Positions 50,090-60,300 of a DNA stretch of 64,000 bases are shown piece by piece. The number at the start of each line of letters is the position of its first letter. Position 1 is the stretch's first letter. Made by a program: the position numbers and the translations under genes. The DNA is taken from the sequence record SRR20825006_1005; one strand, 5' to 3'. The notes below the pieces were generated by a model. It made no database searches and was not told where the DNA came from. It was given only the letters and a program-made list of their open reading frames with translations.

Positions 50090-51349
50090 TCACGCCAGGG
50101 ATGTGATTTGAGCGGCAATTTCCGAGACCGCGGCGACCACAGCATCGATTTGGTCAGAGGTCGTGCCATGACCCCCGCTGATGCGAAGTGTTCCGGCGGC
50201 TTCCGTCCCAAGATGACGGTGAAGCCGAGCGGCACAGTGATGCCCCGATCGGACTTCGATCCCAAACTCGGAATCTAGAATTGCGGCGGCATCGTCCGGC
50301 GGAAGATCTGGTCCAAAGTCGAGACTGGCAATCGGAAGCGGCCCCGGTTGGCCAAAGACTTTGATTCCATCGACGGCGTTCAAGCCAACGTGAAGTCGCT
50401 GTGACAGGGCGGCTGACTCATTGGGTGATTCATTGAGCTCGCCTGACGTTGCCATGGATTCCAACGCGGCCAACCATCCCGCGATCGCTGGCAAATTCAT
50501 GGTGCCCGGTTCTAGTTTCGCTGGCATCGATTCGGGCATGGTGTCGGAGCGACCGTCGTGCCCGGTGCCACCTTGCATCCAAGGTTGGATCGCCGAGTGC
50601 CACCTTGGCGATAGGTACAACATTCCAATTCCCGGCGGCCCACCACAACCTTTGTGGGCGGGGGCCGTCAACGCGTGCACACCGAGTGATGCGACGTCGA
50701 TTGGCAAGTAGCCAAGCGATTGTGCCGCATCGCAGAGGAAAAGAATTTGATCAGACTCCGTTCGGGATCGGTTGGCTTCCGCGATGGCCGCCCCAATCTC
50801 TGTGATCGGCTGCACGGCGCCGGTCACATTGGATACATGAGACAAAGCCACCAATCGAGTCGCTCCGTTGACCCGTGAGATCACGTCATCAGCGCTGAGC
50901 AATCCGTTCTTGTCTGCGGGGACTTCTTCGACGGTCGCGTTGCCCGACTTCGCCGCCACCAAAATTGGTCGGATGACTGCATTGTGCTCAATCGCGGAGA
51001 CCAAGAGATGCGAACCGTCGCCGATGGCCTTGGACGATCCGACCAATCCATGAATGACGGAGTTCAACGCATGAGTGCAACCGCTATGAAAGCTGATGCA
51101 GGAGTCCGATTCGGCATGAATGAATTGGGCCAGTTTGAATCGCAACGAACGAACAAGCTCGCTCGCCTTCAACGCCGAGGCGTAACTGCCACGCGAAGCC
51201 GATGAGCCGACGTTGGAAAGAAACTCAACCATCGCATCGGTCACGCCGTCCGCCTTGGGCCAGGAAGTCGCGGCGTGATCCAAGTAAATACGTTGTCTGG
51301 TTTGAAGCAAATTCTTTTCAGTTGAAGACGTGGGACGTGATGGCATCAC
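50090..51349 (-). CDS. Class V PLP-dependent cysteine desulfurase-family protein
   Basis: IYLDHAATSWPK, EHNAV, SHVSNVTG, DAAQS, AHKG and RSGHHCA (catalytic Cys retained). Confidence 0.9.
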   Translation of the reverse strand: MMPSRPTSSTEKNLLQTRQRIYLDHAATSWPKADGVTDAMVEFLSNVGSSASRGSYASALKASELVRSLRFKLAQFIHAESDSCISFHSGCTHALNSVIHGLVGSSKAIGDGSHLLVSAIEHNAVIRPILVAAKSGNATVEEVPADKNGLLSADDVISRVNGATRLVALSHVSNVTGAVQPITEIGAAIAEANRSRTESDQILFLCDAAQSLGYLPIDVASLGVHALTAPAHKGCGGPPGIGMLYLSPRWHSAIQPWMQGGTGHDGRSDTMPESMPAKLEPGTMNLPAIAGWLAALESMATSGELNESPNESAALSQRLHVGLNAVDGIKVFGQPGPLPIASLDFGPDLPPDDAAAILDSEFGIEVRSGHHCAARLHRHLGTEAAGTLRISGGHGTTSDQIDAVVAAVSEIAAQITSLA

Positions 51350-54300
51350 AAACCTTCAGCGGTGTACCGCCACCGTTTCAAGTACGCGATCAAATCGGAC
51401 ATTTGATCCACCGACAATGTTTGTTCCATTCCGCTTGGCATCAGCGATGTGTCGACCGCTCGGAACGTCTCGATGTCGTCACGAGCCACGCGGCGTTGCT
51501 GGTTGCCCGCCTCCAGCAACGTGACCGTTTCTGAATTCTCGTTGTGCAGAAGCCCCGACACGACTTCGCCGTCAACGGTCAGGATTTGGTATCGCGTGAA
51601 CGAAGCGTCAATGGCGGCGTCTGGATTTAAGATCGCAACCAACAATGCTTCCGCAGTCTTCGTGCGGCTGTCGCTGATGTCGGGTCCGACCATGTGCCCA
51701 ACGTCTTCCATGCGGTGACAATTGGAGCAGTGTTGGACGAACAACTGTCGACCCTTGGCGACATCGGCGGTCGAAAAGCGATCCGCGACCACAGCATATT
51801 TTTGCAATACCTCGGCTCGGTCTTCTGGTGGAGCAAAGGTTTGATTGGCAAGTTCGCGAATGGCTTGATCGCGATGAGCTCGCAACGCGTTGGCTGTGGA
51901 AGCGTCTACAAACGACCTCGGCAAGCTTCCGTCCTGCACCGCCGCAAGCAACCACGTCGCCGTGGCAGGGTCAGAACGTGCGTGTCGACAAACAACACTT
52001 CGCTCTTCAGGACGCCAAGGGTCTGGATGTGAGACCAAAATGGATCGTGTCCATTCAGGGTCGCTTCGGAGCAATCCTTTAAGAATTCGGGATCGCAAGG
52101 TTGCGTCTGTGGACTCCGTCAGCTGATCACGTAGTTCAGTCGAACCTGGAGCGAGTTGCAGCAAAACATCCACCGCATTTTCGCGTTGGACCGGTTGCTG
52201 GTCCGCATCCGCCAGCGTCGTTTCGGCGACGTCAGAGACACGAGCGAGAAATTCCTGTTCCGGACCAGTCATCGCTTTCTTCACAGCGGAAGCTGAACGC
52301 GTGCCATTGATCCAGCTTGCAACGAATTGCAATGCGTCATCGTCGTCTTGAACGTTTGAGATCAGATCAACAGTTGTCTCGGAATCTGACGCGGCGGAAC
52401 ATTGGATCCAGTGCAAACGATTGTTTCGATAGCTTGAAGAAAGTCGCAAACTCTCGTTCTCAATCGACCGGTGAATGAGTTGTTGAAGCATCCGTTGGGG
52501 AGCCGACGCTAGTAGTTTCGCGATCAATGCTGAGTCCGCTTGTTCCACCGCCAGCTTGTGCAGCGAATCAACAACGGACAAAAACTCAGCGGACGAAGGA
52601 CTCTTCGCGATCTGTGTGCATTCGTTGGAGGCGAGAAAGCTTTCCAGTGCGACGCGGCGAACCAACGCACTGTCATCGTTTGCGAATTCGCGAAAGTTGT
52701 CGGCGTTCCAAGTCGTTGTGTTCTGGGCAGCGATCGCTCGCAGGCGAGGTTCTGATTCTGATTGAAGCTTCGATGTCTGGTCCGTATTCAGGCCGTTCCG
52801 CTGAGCCAAAAAGGATGCTGCCCGGGACTTTGTTGTTGGTTTTGTTTCACCGGATAGCAAAAGTTCAGAGAGACTTCCAAGAACGGAACGTTGGGCTGCC
52901 GCGTCTGCCAATTGCTGTGTCAGGTGGAGTGTTGCCAATGATCGTCGGACGGAGTCATCTGACTTCAATGCTTCGATCGCTTCTTCGTTGTTTTGGATGG
53001 CTTGAAAGTCAGGTTCGGCTCGGGGAGGAACCAAACGCCAGATGCGTCCGAGGTCATTTCCATGCCACGTATCGGGACGGTTCTTCAGCTCATCGGGTGC
53101 CCAATCGGGATGCTCAATGACCGCGCGAGCCATGTCGATGACCAGCACCGATCCATTTTGATCGGCAACCAAATCGACCGGCCGGAACCAGGTGTGTTCA
53201 TTGGCAAGCCATTCGGCGTCGTTTGGCTCTCGAGTCGCATTCCAGTTCTCGCCGTCCAATTGCATCTGTTGACGCTGAACCAGTGATCCGGTCGGTTCGC
53301 ACACGAACAACCACTTGTCATCAACCGCCAAGACACCGCAAGCGGCACTGAATTGTCCCGCGTGCAGGTGGCTGGTTGTCCAAGCGTCACTGATCGGATG
53401 AACTTCTGAATGTTCACCCGCGACGGCGATGTCCAACAGCGCATCCGTCGGTGCCAATTCGCGATCTCTTTCAATCGTGCTGACGTTCAGCACAGCCTGG
53501 ATCGCTGGGTTGCGATTGCTGCACCCGATTCGACGACCGAAATCGTCAATCGTCAAACCGTGTTGGCTATTTCCGGAAACTCTTCCCCAATAACCGCCAT
53601 TTGGATCAAAGCAGAAGTCATTCTTTGAAAGCGTCAAAGGACCAGCGGATTGATCGAATCGTGAGACGACGGCTTCGATCTTCCCGCCACGCAATCCATT
53701 CGCAACGTAAACCAATCCATCAGGACCGAGGATCGGATGGTTGGCTCTGAGTTGCTCGTTGTCCGTTGTGAAACCACGAAACCATGTTTGATGATCGTCG
53801 GCCATTCCGTCGCCGTCAGTGTCACGCAACCACGCAATCTCTCCGGCCAAAGTCACAATCGCTCCGTCCATTTGTGCTTCATTCTCGCTCGCGATCTTCG
53901 ATGGCCACGGCAACACCCCAGTCGCGAAATTCAATCCGTCGGCGAACGTGGTGGCTTGATCCATCGTGCCGTCACCGTCGATATCACGAAGGATTCGGAT
54001 GCGTCCTTGGATCGGTTGCGCATCATCGGCTGGTTGCGGGTAATCGGGCATTTCCACCACCCACAAACGACCCTGCGGATCAAAGGCCGCTGAAACGGGA
54101 TCGATAACCATCGGTTCCGCAGCGACCAATTGCAGCTTCCATCCGTCTCTCATCCGCATCGTGTCAGCGATTTCGGCGGGACTGGGGGAATCGATCGTTT
54201 GAGTAGGTGATTGTGCGGTCGCTCGATCCGTAGGGCCGATCCAAATGACCAGTAAGAGCAACGCGGACGCCCATGTTCGCAAGCGTTTTCGAAGTGGTTT

Positions 54301-57300
54301 CCAAAAGGCTTCGAATCCGCTGAGCATCACGGCGGTGACCATTAAAGCTAGTGCGAGAGGCATCGGTGCCAACACCAATGCAATGCAACCCAAGACAAAG
54401 ATCCAAGTGGCAGGGTTGGCCATCAAGTCTTGGACATTGGTCACCCAGTTGGCTTGATCGCCGTGGTGTCGGTTGCGACCTGGTTGAAGTCGCAAAACGA
54501 TCAACAGACATGCGCTGGTCAACAGCAGTAAAAAACGCATCCCATGCTGAGCCCACTGTGTCGCGATGGAAGATCGAGACGCAACCGACCATTGGGGAGG
54601 AAGCTCATGTCGGGTCGATTGATATTGGCTGTCGATGATCCAGCGATCCGGTTGTTGGCTTGTAAGTGCAAAGGACCACTGACCATCAAGACGTTTGTTT
54701 GCGTCGCTGACTTGCCACCAATCATCGGTTTCGCCAGCCGAGTATCGTTGGATTTGCATTGCGAGGAATGATTCCATTTCATTCCATGAGAACACCGCTT
54801 CCGGTGGCCTGCTGGAAAATTCGGCGGAGAGGCGTTCCAGCGAGACCGAGTCTTCTGCCGATGCATTCGCCGGATCAAACGGTACCCCGGCGGCTTGACT
54901 GATCGAAGCGTATCGCTGCAACCACACCTTCATCCACGAAGCGACTTCTTCGTCGCGTCGGTCGGCCAAAGAGTCCGAGGCGGCAGCGATCGAGCGGACG
55001 GTGTTGGTGGCCAGGATTCGCCAGCGTTGATCTGGCTTGATCGCCCGCCACGGACTCCAGTCCGTGACAGTTTGGTTCGAAGCCGAATTTTTAGGTGTCA
55101 TGGTGGGAGCGGCAGAGCTTTGGTGTGACAACGAAAGTGAATCCTTCCCATCACTCCGCCGAGATAGCAGGCGAGTGAAGGTGGATCGAAGCGGCGTTTG
55201 GATCTCATCCCAAGTCGGTGTGTCGGGGCTGGAAACTTGCGAATCCATTTCCAACAAGACCTCCACCGCTTGGCTGAGGCGACTCAAAGGTAACAAGAAC
55301 TGAAGCCGGTTGTTGTCCAATGGGATCACGTCGGCTGGCAACCCATTCGTCCATCCCGCCACAAACCGGGTGGATTCGGGCAGCTGAAGCGTCAAATGGG
55401 AAGCATCACCGGGAACGATGTCAAAGCGACTGACCAGGTAGCGATCGTTCAGCAGTTGGTGGTCCGTGTGCATAACGGAGGCCAAGTTGTTGGTCTTCCG
55501 CATTCTTTCCAGTTCGACCGACCAATTCTCATTGGCGACGCGGAAATAGGCGGAGTCTTCAACATCCGTTGCATCGGCGTCCGAGGGCTCTTGAGTAGTT
55601 TCACCGTCCGTTTTCAATGGCAAACGTAATTTCCATCTTGGTTGCGGCATGGGTTCGACACCGTTGGTTTCCCAGCGAATCGGAGCGTTGGTCAGTCGGT
55701 TGGGAACCACGATGTCGGTCCGCGAACGTTGAGATTGTAGAACGCGAACCTTGGGGACACTCACACGCACCAAGTCACCTGCCGCAAGGCGACTGGTAAG
55801 TCGAATGGACCGGATGTCCTTGTCTGCTAAACGGATGCGGATGACTTGTCGGGCGGGAGAGAGCGTTGGCTGTCGGGTCGAGGCGCACAACGGGGAAATC
55901 TGCAGAGCGTCGCACCAACGCGTGGGCATTTCGACATCTAAGAAATCGGGTTGTTGTTTCGATTTCAATTGCAGATCGGTTTGAGCGATCCAGCGACCTT
56001 CCTCCCACCGCAACGCAACGCGAACGTCAGTTTGGAATGGATGCCGGACCAGGCTGGATCGGAAGCGAGCGTTCCCCAATGCCGTTGCGGTCGATCCGCG
56101 GACCAACCATTGATCCATCAAGATCTTTCCAGACGCGAGCATCGAAGCCGGTCCCGCGTCGCCCGATTTTTCGCCTTCGACTTTCGGCGGCGTTTTCCAC
56201 TGAACGTCGGTGTCAGCAGAACGCGAGACAACGACTTCACTGACGGAGTCAACTTCGCCGATGGCTTGAATTGGTTCGATCTCAATCAATGCCAAAGCAT
56301 TGTCGTTGTTCTTTTTCAATGAAACCTGAGCTTCGATCGACAACTCCATTCCTCGTCCTTCATAACGAATCAGAAGGCAATCACGATCGTCTTTTCGCAC
56401 TAATTCCCAGCGGGTTCCAGATTGTTTTTCGGAGGCACCTGTTGGTTTTGACTTCGGGTCCGTCGTTGTTTCCGCATCCGTCGCTTCGTCGCTGGTCGCA
56501 TCGGCGGCCTCCGACTCAAACGTATTTCCATCAACGACATCGGGTGAGGTGTTGGGCAATCCCGGTTGTTGGATTTGCCAATCGAAGATTTGAGCTTGGG
56601 GTGGAAGCACCACCTTGATGATGTGAGGACGGACACTTTCGTCCATCGCGGCCACGGAAGCTTCACCGCTGGCATCAGGATTTGCAGACGTCGCGTCGGC
56701 GGTCGATGAATTGTCAGTGACCGGAGTAGGCTCAAAGGTTGCGTCGAGACGAATCGTTTGATGCGTCGAATCCAAATGAATCTCTTGCCGAGAGCTGAAG
56801 ACCAGCGTCGATCGGTTCGAAAATCCGATTTGAACGATGGGAGTTGTTCCGGAACTTTTCGCGGCTCTGTCGAGGCGGCTGATCGGTCCCGACCATTGTG
56901 AATAAAATTGCTCGGTCGGAACGCGTTCCGTCCCCAGCGAAGCGGGCCAAAGCGGTTGCAGATCGGCCGACAATGTCCAGGCCACCAACGTTTCAGAAAA
57001 CTCGGTGCGTGAGTTGACGAGGGCTGATTCGTCATCGGACGCGGGTTCTTCCCAGCGGTCATGCAGTGACAATCCCGGACAAGTCAGCAACCTTTCGGAA
57101 GCGAGCGACAGGGCATCAGACGATGTTGGTTCCACAGCATTGGAAACGGAGGGTGTGGGCTCGTCCGTCGTCGTACGTGTTGACCAATCATCGCTGAGGT
57201 CCCAAACCAATCGAATGGGTTCGTCAGACGAACTGACCCGGGTGAGCTTCCACTGGGTTGGTGTTTGCTGAATCAATTTCCAATCGCGAGAAATTAAACG

Positions 57301-60300
57301 CGGTGGTGAACTGGTTTCTCGGTGGAAACGAAGGATCACCTCTCCGCCTGGTGGTGGCGGTTGCAGCGGATCCAGTTCACACTCGACGGAGCATTGTTTT
57401 GCGGTGGCGTTCAGCCAATAGCGACGGTTCCATTGTGATGCGGAGTTCCATGCCACTGGCAACTCTTCCTCGTCAGAAACATCGCCTGTTTGATTGCCTG
57501 GACCAGTGTTGAGGTTGACCGCAGACCCGCTCGCGATGGCGTCCGCGGTTGCTTTGCTTTGCAGATGAATTTGCAATCGATTGCACGGACCAATGGAAAA
57601 TTGATTGGATGAAATGATTCCAAATCCAACCGGACGATCGACCGCTGGCCAAGCGATCTCATCGGTAACCAGTCGGAAATTGTCGATGCGATAATCACGG
57701 CGCACAACCAAACGAGCTTGCGGAAGTCGTGGAAGATCAATTGCGATTTGAGTGCCAGTCGCGTTGTGTGACGTTTGGCAACGCAGCCGAAGTTGCAAGT
57801 CAAAACGTTTGCCCGAAGGTACCACGATCAGAGTGCCTGGTTGTTCATCCGTGGTTGTCGTCAGTACCCGCGTGCTTTCATCTGGGCGAATCAGGACCAA
57901 CTCTTCGATCGTTTCAGGAGCAAACGGAAGCCGAAGTCGACTGCTGGGAGTTGTTGTTTCGACGGTGAATCGGGCGAGTAGCTCGATCGCAAACTCATCA
58001 CGCGCCAAACTGATGGCTCGTTTGGAACTTTCTGACGTAAGGTCCAGTTCGTAATTGGTGTTCAAAAACGAAACTTGCCGAACACGTTCGTCCGGACGAA
58101 TCAAAAACAACTCTTCGTATAGCGTCTCGGGGATATACGCCTTGTTGCCCATTGGTTGGTTGGCGGAATCCAACGGAACCAAGATGTCCATGGTTTGAGC
58201 GGAGGCCGCACCGCCACCTACCGCAAAACAACTGACGATTAACCAACCCAGCCAACTTCGAAGCAACGCGGAACTTGAGAAGTCACTGGTTGGGTCATCG
58301 CCGGGTGAATGCGACGCGGCGTTCGAATGGTCTGATTGGCCGGATGCACCTGGCGTTTGTGTAAGCGACGACATGGGAGTCTTGGATGATTGCCATTGTT
58401 GGGTCGCAACTCGCAAAAGACCGATCGTCAATGGCAGAGCAACCCAGGTCGTCAGTGGTATTAATGTTTCGGGCCAAAGAAGCATGGCGAAGAGGCACAA
58501 AGCCAAGCCACATGCCAGTCCCCATCGAGCGGCCCAGCCCGCAGCCAGACTGATGGCGAGGATAACGAGTGCACCGACCCAACCAATTCCAATCACCATC
58601 TGAGAAAAGATCAAAGGGGATTGTTCAGCGGACCCGAGCAATGGAAGTTGCAAACTGTCTTCGGCCGGAGAGACACGGAACTGCGACCCCAGGGTCAAGC
58701 CAACAACTTGCAGGTCCGTGACTTCTGGTTTTCGGATCCATGATTTTCCAAAGGAAGTCGTCGTCCATTCAATTTCCAGCACCAACTCGGATTGTTTCAC
58801 GGCGGGAAATCGAAGGTGGTGTCGCCGCGTCATTTGCGGTTGGACTTCCACACCATCGATGCGTGCTTCGATCAAATGTGCGTCCCAAGGGAACTTCACT
58901 TCGATTGGTTGCGTGGCAATCATTTCGAATCGGGTGCGAGCTCGGTCAGTCCCGCTGGCCGAAGCGACCACGTGCGTGTGCTGTTGAAGAACCAAGTTGG
59001 ACGGTGGCGTTTGGTTCCGGTGACGGACTCGCACGATCACATGTGGCGAGGTCTCGTATCGATAACGGAACGGTCTTGACGCGTTGTCCGCATCCGCCGT
59101 TGGGATTCCCACCAAATTCGCGACAGGACGAGCCAATTGCAAATTCGAATCGATCAACAGTTCGCAGGTTTGCGATGTCGCGTCAGCCAAACGGAACAAA
59201 CCGATTGGAAGTGCGTGTGTTTGGTGCCCCTTGGTGGAACCCGTTTCACTTTCTTTCATCGCGTGGAAACATCTTCCGATCAGCAACGATTTGTCGTTGA
59301 AGTTTCGCGGGACCGGAATGTTCCATTCAAACCATCCATCGGACCCGTCAGCGATTTCGTCTGAGTTCGTCGAAACGGAGGATGCTTGGGACTCGGCGTC
59401 TGATTCGGATTGGGGTTCCATCGATTGACGCGGCACCCAACGACGCGTGACAGCGTCCTCGTCGACGGAATGGGCGGCGGCAGATGAGGACAAACGCGTC
59501 TGCCATTTGATGTCTTGTGGGGACGACTGTTCCGAACGGACGGCCAAGCGAACTTTGACAAAACGTGAAGTCTGCGGCAAACCTTCCACTTGCACCTGAA
59601 CTTGTTGTTCGATTCCGGTTCGTTCCTTGCCGCTTCGTACAACCGTTAGGCTGGTTTGACATGACCCGACGATGGTGCTGTCGGGAGTTTCCAATGCGAG
59701 TGAAGGGGTTTGGCGAATGGAATGACTGAGCACGATCGCGTCGCCGGGAAGCGGTGCGAAGTAACGTCGTTGTTGAGCGGTGAGTTCAGAGAACTCGATT
59801 CGCGAAGGAGTGATGGCGGTTTCTGCGGTCCAACCCATGTCGGCGGGAGGAATGACCGCGGCGGTCATTTGACCCGGGCATCCCAACACTCGAATCATCC
59901 ACAGTTCGTTGACGCGAGGGTTGTTCGGATCCCGCCGAGATTGTCCGGTGGCGCGTATTTCGAGAGTGCCTTCACCGGTGGGCAGTTCCTCTATCTCGTC
60001 AGGACTGGGCCATACCGTGATTCTGCGGCCACGGCGATTGGGAGCGTTGATGGTCAACGTTCGACGCGTTTCACCAACGGTGATGGAATCGAACGAGAAG
60101 CCATCTTGAATTTCCAATTGGATGGGAGCCAATCGGTCCGGAGTCATCGTCATCTGAATGGTGCTGCGAGCCTGAATGGCGTTGTCTTCCAGCAGAAAAC
60201 GAGATTGGTGGTTGGCATACAACAGCGGTTGAGACTCCGCCAATTTGATGCTCCACGAACTGGTGACGGAGTCAGTCGACAAACGAGTTTGTTTTGAGTC

